DNA of 64,000 nt from Mobula hypostoma. Taxonomy: Eukaryota. The stretch is from the NCBI RefSeq assembly GCF_963921235.1, contig NW_026948140.1, forward strand, positions 496,001 to 560,000. The letters run 5' to 3'. A model generated the notes under the pieces. The model saw nothing but the letters and a program-made list of their open reading frames with translations, ran no database searches and was not told where the DNA came from. Below, piece by piece: positions 24,720 through 35,494 of this stretch (position 1 is the first letter of the stretch; every line of letters starts with the position of its first letter). A program made the position numbers and the translations under genes.

Positions 24720-26206
24720 ACACGAGGAAATCTGCAGATACTGGAAATTCAAGCAACACACACAAAATGCTGGTGGAATGCAGCAAGCCAGGCAGCAACT
24801 ATAGGAAGAAGCACAGTCGACATTTTGGGCCGAGACCCTTCACCAGGACCAACTGAAAGAAGAGATATTAAAAGATTTGAAACTGGGAGGGGGAGGGGGA
24901 GATCTGAAATGATAGGAGAACACAGGAAGGGGAGGGATGAAGCTAAGAGTTGGAAAGTTGATTGGCAAAAGGGATACAAGGCTGGAGAAGGGAGAGGATC
25001 ACGGGATGGGAGGCCTAGGGAGAAAGGAAGGGGAGGGGAGCACCAGAGGAAGATAGAGAGCAGGCAAAGAGTTATTGTGAGAGGAACAGAGAGAGAAAAA
25101 AAAAGGAACAAACAAATAAATAAATGGATGGATGAATGAATGAATGATGGGATGGGGTAAGAAGGGGAGGAGGGGCATTAACGGAAGTTAGAGAAGTCAA
25201 TGTTCATGCCATCAGGTTGGAGGCTACCCAGACGGAATATAAGGTGTTGTTCCTCCAACCCAAGTGTGGCTTCATCTTGAGAGTAGAGGAGGCTGTGGAT
25301 AGACATATCAGAATGAGAATGGCACGTGGAATTAAAATGTGTGGCCACTGGGAGATCCTGCTTTCTCTGGAGGACAGAGCGTAAGTGTTCAGCAAAATGG
25401 TCTCCCAGCAGGGATCGCTCCCTATGCGACTCCCTTGTCCATTCGTTCCCCCCCATCCCTCCCCACCAATCTCCCTCCTGGCACTTATCCTTGTAAGCGG
25501 AACAAGTGCTATACATGCCCTTACACTTCCTCCCTCACCACCATTCAGGGCCCCAGACAGTCCTTCCAGGTGAGGCGACACTTCACCTGTGAGTCAGCTG
25601 GGGTGATATACTGCGTCCGGTGCTCCTGATACGGTCTTCTATATATTTGCGAGACCCAGTGCAGACTGGGAGGCCATTTCACTGAACACCTACACTCTGT
25701 CTGAACCGTAGCTGTTCAGCAAAACGGTCTCCTAGTCTGCGTCGGGTCTCGCCAATATATAGAAGGCGACACCGGGAGCACCAGCCGCAGTACATCACCC
25801 CAGCCGACTCACAGGTGAAGTGTCACCTCACCTGAAGGACTGTCTGGGGCCCTGAATGGTAGTGAGGGAGGAAGTGCAAAGGCAGGTGTAGCCCTTGTTC
25901 CGCTTGCAAGGATAAGTGCCAGGAGGGAGATCGGTGGGAAGGGATGGGGGGACAAATGGACAAGGGAGTCACAAAGGGAGCGATCCCTGCGGAAAGCAGA
26001 GAGAGGGGTGGAGGGAAAGATGTTCTTGGTGGTGGGATCCCGCTGGAGGTGGCGGAAGTTACGGAGAATTATATGTTGGACCCTGAGGCTGGTGGGGTGG
26101 TAGGTGAGGACAAGGGGTACCCTATCCCTAGTCGGGTGGCGGAAGGATGGGGTGAGTGCGGATGTGCGGGAAATGGGAAAGATACATTTGAGAGCAGAGT
26201 TGATGA
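24720..26206 (-). mobile_element. Penelope-like (Neptune-type) element: rearranged GIY-YIG region plus pLTR; 12-bp TSD AACTATACTCAG
   Basis: Contains TYPCKRNKCYTCP and FTCESAGVIYCVRC (plus, ~25411-25700) and GDHFAEHLRSV...LPVATHFN...LEEQHLIFRLGSLQPDGMN (minus). TSD at 24708-24719 and 26207-26218. Confidence 0.85.
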
Positions 26207-26342
26207 AACTATACTCAGCTTCACTTGCCCCATCATTAAAATGTTCCCATAACCAATGGATTCACTTTCAAGGACTCTTCACTTTATGTTCTACATATTT
26301 ATTGCTTATTTGTGTATTACTATTATTATTTCTTCTTTCTGT

Positions 26343-26866
26343 GTTTCAAAGGTTTCAAAGGTACATTTAATGTCAGAGAAATGTATACAATATACATACT
26401 GAAAAGCTTTTTCTTCGCAAACATCCACGAAAACAGAGAAGTGCCCCAAAGAATGAATGACAGTTAAACGTTACAACCCCAATGTCCACCCCCAGCTCCC
26501 CTCCCTCCCGCATGTAAGTGGCAGCAAGTAACGATCACCCCCCCTTCCCCCATCAGCAAAAAAAAAGCATTGGCACCTGCCACCGAGCACTCAAGCGTGC
26601 AGAAAAAGCAACAGCAAAGACTTCCAAAACCAGTGTTCACCCGGTATTCAACATACCACAGGCTCTCTCTCTCCCTAATAAGGGAGAAAGAGATGTTTCT
26701 GTGTCACAGCGAGAGAGGAGACATAACAAACAACTCGCTGGTTTATGATGTTAAAAGTCCGTTGCATTACTTTTTCCGAGCTCTGTGCCCAAAGATCTCA
26801 AATCTCTGGGCACACAACCAAAGATCTTCCAGCTCCCATGACACACCGGTCGGTCCAGGACACCAA
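26343..26866 (-). mobile_element. Non-coding LINE-3'UTR/SINE-like repeat, split by CR1 and resuming at ~29260-29400
   Basis: Short tandem tail (gtttcaaag)2. Antisense similarity to the fragment at ~1625-1745. No credible ORF. Confidence 0.5.
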
Positions 26867-29259
26867 GGATTTAGATGGAGCAGAGTTTGTTAAGTGTGTC
26901 CAGGATGGATTCCTGTCACAGTACGTGGACAGGCTGACTAGAGGGAATGCCATACTAGATCTAGTACTAAGTAATGAACCGGGTCATGTCACAGATCTCT
27001 CAGTGGGTGAGCATCTGGGGGACAGTGACCACCGCTCCCTGACCTTTAGCATTATCATGGAAAAGGATACAATCAAAGAGGACAGGAAAATTTTTAATTG
27101 GGGAAGGGCAAATTATGAGGCTACAAGGTTAGAACTTGCGAGTGTGAATTGGGATGATGTTTTTCCAGGGAAATGTGCTATGGACATGTGGTCGATGCTT
27201 AGAGATCTCTTGCGGGATGTTAGGGATAAATTTGTCCCGGTGAGGAAGATAAAGAATGGTAGGGTGAAGGAACCATGGGTGACAAGTGAGGTGGAAAATC
27301 TAGTCAGGTGGAAGAAGGCAGCATACATGAGGTTTAGGAAGCAAGGATCAGATGGGTCTATTGAGGAATATAGGGAAGCAAGAAAGGAGCTTTAGAAGAG
27401 GCTGAGAAGAGCAAGAAGGGGGCATGAGAAGGCCTTGGTGAGTAGGGTAAAGGAACACCCCAAGGCATTCTTCAATTATGTGAAGAAAGAAAGGATGACA
27501 AGAGTGAAGGTAGGACCGATTAGAGATAAAAGTGGGAAGATGTCCCTGGAGTCTGTGGAAGTGAGCGAGGCCCTCAATGAATACTTCTGTTCAGTATTCA
27601 CCAATGAGAGGGAACTTGATGATGGTGAGGACAATATGAGTGAGGTTGATGTTCTGGAGCATGTTATATTAAGGGAGAGGAGGTGTTGGAGTTGTTAAAA
27701 TACATTAGGACAGATAAGTCCCCGGGGCCTTACAGAATATTCCCCAGGCTGCTCCACGAGGCGAGAGAAGAGATTGCTGAGCCTCTGGCTAGGATCTCTA
27801 TGTCCTCGTTGTCCACGGGAATGGTACCAGAGGATTGGAGGGAGGCGAATGTTGTCCCCTTGTTCAAAAAAGGTAGTAGGGATAGTCCAGGTAATTATAG
27901 ACCAGTGAGCCTTACGTCTGTGGTGGGAAAGCTGTTGGAAAAGATTCTTAGAGATAGGATCTATAGGGATTTAGAGAATCATGGTCTGATCAGGGACAGT
28001 CAGCATGGCTTTGTGAAGGGCAGATCGTGTCTAACAAACCTGATAGAGTTCTTTGAGGAGGTGACCAGGCACATAGATGAGGGTAGTGCAGTGGATGTGA
28101 TCTATATGGATTTTAGTAAGGCATTTGACAAGGATCTACATGGTAGGCTTATTCAGAAAGTTAGAAGGCACGGGATCCAGGGAAGTTTGGCCAGGTGGAT
28201 TCAGAATTGGCTTGCCTGCAGAAGGCAGAGGGTGGTGGTGGAGGGAGTACATTCAGATTGGAGGATTGCGACTAGTGGTGTCCCACAGGGATCTGATCTG
28301 GGACCTCTACTTTTCATGATTTTTATTAACCACCTGGATGTGGGGGTAGAAGGGTGGGTTGGCAAGTTTGCAGATGACACAAAGGTTGGTGGTGTTGTAG
28401 ATAGTGTAGAGGATTGTCAAAGATTGCAGAGAGACATTGATAGGATGCAGAAGTGGGCTGAGAAGTGGCAGATGGAGTTCAACCCGGAGAAGTGTGAGGT
28501 GGTACACTTTGGAAGGACAAACTCCAAGGTAGAGTACAAAGTAAATGGCAGGATACTTGGTAGTGTGGAGGAACAGAGAGATCTCGGGGTACATGTCCAC
28601 AGATCCCTGAAAGTTGCCTCACAGGTGGATAGGGTAGTTAAGAAAGCTTATGGGGTGTTAGCTTTCATAAGTCGAGGGATATTGGTTTAGGAGTCGCGAT
28701 GTAATGATGCAGCTCTATAAAACTCTGGTTAGGCCACACTTGGAGTACTGTGTCCAGTTCTGGTCACCTCACTATAGGAAGGATGTGGAAGCATTGGAAA
28801 GGGTACAGAGGAGATTTACCAGGATGCTGCCTGGTTTGGAAAGTATGCATTATGATCAGAGATTAAGGGAGCTAGGGCTTTACTCTTTGGAGAGAAGGGG
28901 GAGGAGAGGAGACATGATAGAGGTGTACAAGATAATAAGAGGAATAGATAGAGTGAATAGCCAGCGCCTCTTCCCCAGGGCACCACTGCTCAATACAAGA
29001 GGACATGGCTTTAAGGTAAGGGGTGGGAAGTTCAAGGGGGATATTAGAGGAAGGTTTTTTACTCAGAGAGTGGTTGGTGCGTGGAATGCACTGCCTGAGT
29101 CAGTGGTGGAGGCAGATACACTAGTGAAGTTTAAGAGACTACTAGACAGGTATATGGGGGAATTTAAGGTGGGGGCTTATATGGGAGGCAGGGTTTGAGG
29201 GTCGGCACAACATTGTGGGCGGAAGGGCCTGTACTGTGCTGTACCATTCTATGTTCTAT
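26867..29259 (+). mobile_element. Young 5'-truncated CR1 LINE ORF2 (APE end, RT, C-terminus) with one stop and two frameshifts; TSD GACACCAA
   Basis: ORFs 26745-27395, 27435-27698, 27683-28690 (KFADD) and 28704-29198. TSD at 26859-26866 and 29260-29267. Confidence 0.92.
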
Positions 29260-29555
29260 GACACCAACCTTCAATTCGCCCATCTCCAGAGTCCCGAGAT
29301 CCTAGGCCTCAAAGGAGAGCTGAATTCTTATGCTGCACCCTTGGCATGTTGGATAATGTCCAGTCGTGACACCCCGAGAACGGGTCCCGTTACCGCAAAG
29401 AACCATTTCTTGTCTTCTGCACTCTCGTTGAACACCCTAGTTGGGCAGTCTTTCATTGATTCTGTTATGGTTATTATTCTATAGGTTTATTGAGTGTGTC
29501 CAGAAGAAAATTAATATCAGTTTTGCATATGGAGATATATATATATACTTTCCTT

Positions 29556-30403
29556 TGTTATGTACCCCGTAACTGGGTTGCCAAACCAGCAGAAATGGAT
29601 CACTCAGTTGGTGTCTGGATTACTAGAACTAAGAAAGTTTTATTAAAGAAACAAGCAACACAGTAATCAAAAGGATAATGAATGCAACAGTTCAGCAATG
29701 ATAAACATACATGTACACAGAATTCAGGATCAATCAAGCTCTATCGTTGTCTAGGGGCAAATGACCAGTTTCAAAGTGACACTAAGTTCAGTTCAATTTA
29801 GTTCAGTTCGCAGTAATCGCTGCCGTGGCGATGGACAGTGGGGGGAAGGAGAGAGAGAGCAAAATGAATGAATATTCAAAACAGCTTCCACACACAGACC
29901 TTCACAGTCAGCTTTCGGGCGAGTCCTTTGTGATGTCATCTGAGGTCACCAACCGTGACCCCTCCGTTTCCAGATACAACCATTTCTCTGCGCTGAAGCT
30001 GGCACCCAGGCAAGGGTGGACACACACCAGGTTCCCGCCGATTGTGCCTTTCCACCCTGAGCGTCTAAGGCTTGATCCCGCGATCAGCCGTCCAAAAGCT
30101 TCCCACCGACTTGTGAGAGGTGCACCGTTTCCAGGGTCTCGTTACCTCGGGTGTCGTGTGTGTCCTGCCTTAGCGAACCTGTCCCTTTTTATCCCCCTGC
30201 TGGGGTATCGCCTGTCCATCACTTCAAACAGTTCAGGGTTCAAAGGGGGAGTCGCTCTTGACAGCTCTCCTTCCCCTTCATTACACATCTCCAAATACTG
30301 CTTCATTGTTTTCCTTATCTCTCTCTCTCCTGAAGACAGGTGGCAGACCAACTGCTGATCACACAGGACAGCTAACATCTTATCTATGTGTATTCCTGTC
30401 ACA
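29556..30403. mobile_element. Solo LTR (848 bp), TG...CA termini, 4-bp TSD CCTT
   Basis: cctt|TGTTATGTACCCC at 29552-29568 and CCTGTCACA|cctt ending at 30407. The start resembles the LTR at 43083. Confidence 0.75.
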
Positions 30404-31215
30404 CCTTATAAAAGGTATTTTGAACTTGGAACTGTGACTTCCCACACACAAAGTATGCTGACTGTCCTGAATCCAACCTAATCTCTCAAAATGTCAATAA
30501 ATCATGTCATTGAGAAACCCCTCCAGCAGCTTACCCACCACCAATGTCAGACTGTCCAGTCTGTAATCTGGTTTGCTCTTACTACCTTTTTAAAACAATT
30601 CCTTCAGATCTTCCCTTCTTGCTGCAGTCCTCAGTCATGATGCTCTGACTGTCCCCACACTGACCTCAGATCTATCCTTCTGAAGGTGCAGGGACATTTC
30701 AGACCTGTTCCCTTTGAAAATGCAACACTTGCTCAGGCTCACCTCCTCTGATGGTACAGAACTCCCTCTGAGAAGCATTGTCTGACATTTCAGTAGTCCC
30801 ACAGTTCAGCATTTGATGCAAATCATTTAGCAGAAAGTTACAATGTAAAACCTTCATTCGCTTAGTGAACCCATTCACCCCAAGATTAATGAATTATTCT
30901 AAGTTTTGAGCTATATAGTTGCTGAGGTTCAGTTCTATATCTCAATCTGCTAAACATTACCAACACAAGATCAATTATCTTGGTCTCTAAAGGAAGAATG
31001 ACCCTTATTTATATGAAACTCCCAAGAGGTGACAAATATTATTGACCAAAATCCTGCTTTTCCCTGTTTCAGATGATAATGGTCCCTCTACAACTGTACG
31101 GGTCTGGCAGCCAAACAAAGCACCAAGTGAAACATCAAAGATATTGGTCTTTGTAACAGGGGACTTTAATAATGAACCAGTAACTGCAACAGGAACATAA
31201 AAAAAGTAGACTTAC

Positions 31216-31434
31216 TCTGATTGAATAGATGAGTGCAAGGAATCCAAGACAACATGCATTTAAATAGAATGCATTAAACAGGGACCAGCTGATGTAGTCT
31301 TTTACGGAACGGGGCTGGGGTTGGGGCTGGTTAATGCCCTTCATATCCACCACCGTAGTACTGGACTGTTGAGGTTTCCTACTTCCCGTTGCTTCTTCTG
31401 CCTTAGGCTGTGATGCAAAGTCTATTGTCTCCAT
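31216..31434 (-). CDS. IFITM: Interferon-induced transmembrane protein / dispanin (CD225 family), coding exon 1 (73 codons); family-level call only
   Basis: Translation KDYISWSLFNAFYLNACCLGFLALIYSIR matches the CD225 core (human IFITM3 [29 protein letters not shown]). It is followed immediately by a GTAAGT donor (31215-31210) at phase 0, the conserved IFITM intron position. Confidence 0.9.
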
Positions 31435-31488
31435 TTGAAACTAGATGTGATGACTTACAGTGAGAAGTAAGTCTGATTTCTACTGATC

Positions 31489-31545
31489 CTTTATATAATT
31501 CAAGTTGAGGAGGAGTTTCACATTCCATACTTCAGTTCCTGAAAA
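31489..31545 (-). promoter_or_regulatory. Putative IFITM proximal promoter: TATA box, ISRE-like site, relaxed GAS-like site
   Basis: Minus-strand TATATAAAG at ~31490-31497, about 56-63 nt upstream of the ATG. AGTTTCACATTC at 31514-31525 is one mismatch from the ISRE AGTTTCNNTTTC. TTCCTGAAA at 31536-31544 fits TTN5AA. Confidence 0.55.
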
Positions 31546-31954
31546 GTGGCACTTGTGCATTGGAGGAGATGATGAATATACAAAGATTAAACTATAAATG
31601 AAATCAGACGACCACAAATTCTGCTTTGGTTATTTTTAAAAAATCAGCAGATTGCTAGGAACTGGATAATGATCAGTCTACATCAAAGGAAGTTTCAACG
31701 AAAAGCTTTTGAAAATAGATCCGCTCCACATCTTGCAGTTTTGTTGATTTGCTGTCTTTGACAGTCATAACCAACTATCCATTCTACAGTGAATAGAATG
31801 ACTGGAGAACAGCACACTGAATTATTCCTCTCTTACTTCATTCAGGTGTTTCAGATTTTTGATCTTTTTCAGTGTTTTGAGAGAAATATTTTAATGCAAC
31901 TTATTCACACAGGTTAAAAAGGAGAACTCATGTGAAAGAAGGTAGTGGTTAAAA

Positions 31955-32085
31955 TAGAGACACAAGAGATTGTGCAGATGCTGGAAATCCAGAGAAACAC
32001 ACAATATGTGCTAGAGGATCTCAGCAGGTCAGGCAGCATCTATGGAAATGAATAAACAGCTGATATTTCAGGCTGAGACCTTTAC
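31955..32085 (-). mobile_element. Degenerate Penelope pLTR fragment
   Basis: tgcagatgctggaaatccag...ctcagcaggtcaggcagcatctatgga...tttcaggctgagaccttt, same family as 24720-24850. Confidence 0.6.
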
Positions 32086-33120
32086 AGAGCAGGCTACAGC
32101 AAAATGATTTTCCAGAGACAACAATTATTAACATGCATTTATAAAGCACCTTTAACACAGCAAAATCTCTGATGAGAACATGCAATAAAATTAATTAAAA
32201 TTTAACACAAACCATGAGGCAGTGAAGTATCAAATGCTTGAGAACAGTGGTGGCATCATCTTTAAAGGTGAAGAATACAATAGAGGTGTATGAAAGGAAT
32301 ACCAGTGTCTGGCTCTCTCGAACTTGCTTAAGTGATTAGAAACAAAGTAGTTAGAAATGGCAAGTTACAGATCTTAGAGAGATGATGTCCTCAAGTCAAG
32401 GTAGATCATTTCTGCACTCTTTCTAATTTAATTACATCTTTCCTATAACAGGGTGAATAAAACTATACACAATACTCCAAATGAAGCTTCACCAGTGTCT
32501 TATATAACAGGAATATTACTCCAAGCCCCTATAGAACATAGAACATAAAATAGTACCGCACAGTACAGGCCCTTCGGCCCACAATGTTGCGCCGACCCTC
32601 AAACCCTACCTCCCATATAAGCCCCCAACTTAAATTCCTCCATATACCTGTCTAGTAGTCTCTTAAACTTCACTAGTGTATCTGCCTCCACCACTGACTC
32701 AGGCAGTGCATTCCACGCACCAACCACTCTCTGAGTAAAAAACCTTCCTCTAACATCCCCCTTGAACTCCCCACCCCTTACCTTAAAGCCATGTCCTCTT
32801 GTATTGAGCAGTGGTTCCCTGGGGAAGAGACGCCGGCTAAACACTCTATCTATTCCTCTTATTATCTTGTACACCTCTATCATGTCACCTCTCATCCTCC
32901 TTCTCTCCAAAGAGTAAAGCCCTAGCTCCCTTAATCTCTGATCATAATGCATACTCTCTAAACCAGGCAGCATCCTGGTAAATCTCCTCTGTACCCTTTC
33001 CAATGCTTCCTCATCCTTCCTATAGTGAGGCGACCAGAACTGGACACAGTACTCCAAGTAACACACATCAAAGTTGCTGGTGAACGCAGCAGGCCAGGCA
33101 GCATCTCTAGGAAGAGGTGC

Positions 33121-33156
33121 AGTCGACGTTTCAGGCCAAGACCCTTCGTCAGGACT
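33121..33156 (-). ncRNA. Minimal type I hammerhead ribozyme motif (Penelope pLTR)
   Basis: Minus strand reads AGTC-CTGACGA-AGGGTCTTGGCCT-GAAAC-GTC-GACT. This gives stem I AGUC/GACU, the CUGANGA and GAAA core, a stem II hairpin, a palindromic ACGU stem III and a GUC cleavage triplet. Confidence 0.8.
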
Positions 33157-33687
33157 AACTGAAGGAAGAGTGAGTAAGGGATTTGAAATTTGGAGGGGGA
33201 GGGGGAGATCCAAAATGATAGGAGAAGACAGGAGGGAGAGGGATGGAGCCAAGAGCTGGACAGGTGATTGGCAAAAGGGATACGAGAGGATCATGGGACA
33301 GGAGGTCCGGGAAGAAAGACAAGCGGGGGGGGGACCCAGAGGATGGGCAAGGGGTATATTCAGAGGGACAGAGGGAGAAAAAGGAGAGTGAGAGAAAGAA
33401 TGTGTGTATAAAAATAAGTAACAGATGGGGTCCGATTTTTATACACACATTCTTTATCTCACTCTCCTTTTTCTCCCTCTGTCCCTCTGAATATACCCAC
33501 TGCCCATCCTCTGGGTCCCCCCCCCCCCGCTTGTCTCTCTTCCCAGACCTCCTGTCCCATGATCCTCTCGTATCCCTTTTGCCTATCACCTGTCCAGCTC
33601 TTGGCTCCATCCCTGTCTTCTCCTATCATTTTGGATCTCCCCCTCCCCCTCCAAATTTCAAATCCCTTACTCACTCTTCCTTCAGTT

Positions 33688-33723
33688 AGTCCTGACGAAG
33701 GGTCTCGGCCTGAAACGTCGACT
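33688..33723 (+). ncRNA. Minimal type I hammerhead ribozyme motif (Penelope pLTR)
   Basis: AGTC-CTGACGA-AGGGTCTCGGCCT-GAAAC-GTC-GACT; all core nucleotides intact. Confidence 0.8.
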
Positions 33724-34224
33724 GCACCTCTTCCTAGAGATGCTGCCTGGCCTGCTGCGTTCACCAGCAACTTTGATGTGTGTTGCTTGAATTTCCAGCA
33801 TCTGCAGAACTCCTGTTGTTTACAGTACTCCAAGTGTGGCCTAATCAGAGTTTTATAGAGCTGCATCATTACCTCGCGACTCTTAAACTCTATCCCTCAA
33901 CTTATGAAAGCTAACACCCCATAAGCTTTCTTAACTACCCTATCTACCTGTGAGGCAACTTTCAGGGATCTGTGGACACGTACCCCCAGATCCCTCTGCT
34001 CCTCCACACTACCAAGTATCCTGCCATTTACTTTGTACTCTGCCTTGGAGTTTGTCCTTCCAAAGTGTACCACCTCACACTCAGTACCAAAATGCCTTCT
34101 GCAGCCCCCTGTATACCTGTGACACCATTTTTAGTGAACTATGCACTTGTACTTCATCCAAGTCATTGACATATAATGTAAAAAGAACGACAGTAGGCAC
34201 CGGCAGCCAACCAGAAAAGGCTCC

Positions 34225-35146
34225 CTTTGATGGCATTGTTGCCAAGTTTGCAGACGATATGAAGCTAGGTGGAGGGACAGGTAGTTTTCAGGAAGTAGTA
34301 AGGCTACAGAAAGACTCAGATTAGCAGAAAAAACAAAGTGGCAGATGGAATACAGTGTCAGAAAGTGTAATGTCATACACTTTGGTAGAAGAAATGAAAG
34401 AAGACTATTTTATAAATGTAGAGAAAATACAAAAAACTGAGACACAAAAGGAATTGAGAATCCTTGTGCAGCATTCACTACAGGTTCACTTGCAGGTTGA
34501 GTCTGCAGTGAGGAAAGCAAATGCAATATTGGTATTAATTTCAAGAGAACTAGAATATAAAAGCAAAAATGTAATGTTGAGACTTCATAAAGCACTGGCG
34601 AGGCCTCACTTGGAGTATTGTGACCAGTTTTGGGCCACTTATTTTAGAAAGGATGACTGACACTAGAGAGGGTTCAAAGGAGGTTCATGAAAATGATTCC
34701 AGGATTCAATGGCTTGTCATATGAAGAGCATTTGATGGTTCTGGACCTGTATTCACTCGAATTCAGAAGAATGAGGGGTGAGCTAATTAAAACCTATTGA
34801 ACATTGAACGACCTTGATAAAGTGGATGTGGAGAGGATGTTTCCTTTGGTGAGAGAGTCTAAGACCAGAGGACACAGCCTCAGAATAGAGGGGTTCCTTT
34901 TAGAATGAAGACAAGGAGAAATTTCTTTAGCCAGAGAGTGGTGAATCTGTAGAAAGCTGTGGAGGACAAGTCTTTATGTATATTTAAGGCAGACGATTAT
35001 AGATTCTTGATTGGTCAGGGCATGGAGGGAATTGGGGAGAAGGCAGGAGATTGGACTGAGAGGAAAAATGGATCAACCATGAAGAAATAATGGAGAAGAC
35101 TGGATGGGCCATATGGCCTAATTCTGCTCCTGAATCTTATGGTCTT
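34225..35146 (+). mobile_element. CR1 LINE 3' part, degraded
   Basis: AKFADD, ORF 34355-34660 (RPHLEYCDQFW), 3' UTR ending tcttatggtctt. Confidence 0.85.
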
Positions 35147-35494
35147 GTTTCCTTTGGTTCCATACATAGGTAGCCACGCTGTCCAAAGCAAACCTTTTGC
35201 TCAATACACCTGGGGAATTTCTTGGATTTTGCCATAACTTACCTGCTAGATTTTCCTCATATCATCTTTTTGTCCTCCTATCTTCCCTCTGAAGTGCATT
35301 CTTACAATTGCAGTTATATAGAGATTCACTAATTCTCAGTTGCTTACCCACTGTGTATGCCTCTCTCTTTTCTTCCAGCTGCAGCTTTTTTCTGCATTCA
35401 GCCACAGCTCTTCACGAACCAGGTTAGGGAACTGGAACTGCTTGAAGCAGGAGGGTACCTCAAACTGCCAAAGCAAGAGGTTAAATATCTTATT

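Larger units (their letters stand above)
33060..33821. mobile_element. Fold-back (inverted) pair of Penelope pseudo-LTRs with 14-bp TSD ACAGTACTCCAAGT
   Basis: Arm 33060-33415 is the near-perfect reverse complement of 33435-33784, with a 19-nt spacer. TSD at 33046-33059 and 33822-33835. Confidence 0.9.
32532..34080 (-). mobile_element. Young CR1 3' end, split by a fold-back Penelope insertion
   Basis: LEYCVQFWSPHYRKD...FFTQRVVGAWNALP (ORF 32599-33294) and MMQLYKTLIRPHLEYC (33869 downward). (atagaac)n tail at ~32532. Confidence 0.9.

Noticed and set aside
29825..30358. 177-aa ORF
   Set aside because: It lies wholly inside a solo LTR and has no recognisable domain.
30625..30700. Possible IFITM exon 2 after a minus-strand acceptor (cttcag|AAGGATAGATCT...)
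   Set aside because: It translates to KDRSEVSVGTVRAS*, with no CD225 C-terminal motif or transmembrane helix.
30965..31000. Minus-strand acceptor-like ttcttcctttag near exon 1
   Set aside because: In phase 0 it gives RPR followed by a stop, so it is not a credible IFITM exon 2.
33074..33869. Mirror-image ORFs on both strands
   Set aside because: A by-product of the palindromic, purine/pyrimidine-biased pLTR; not genes.
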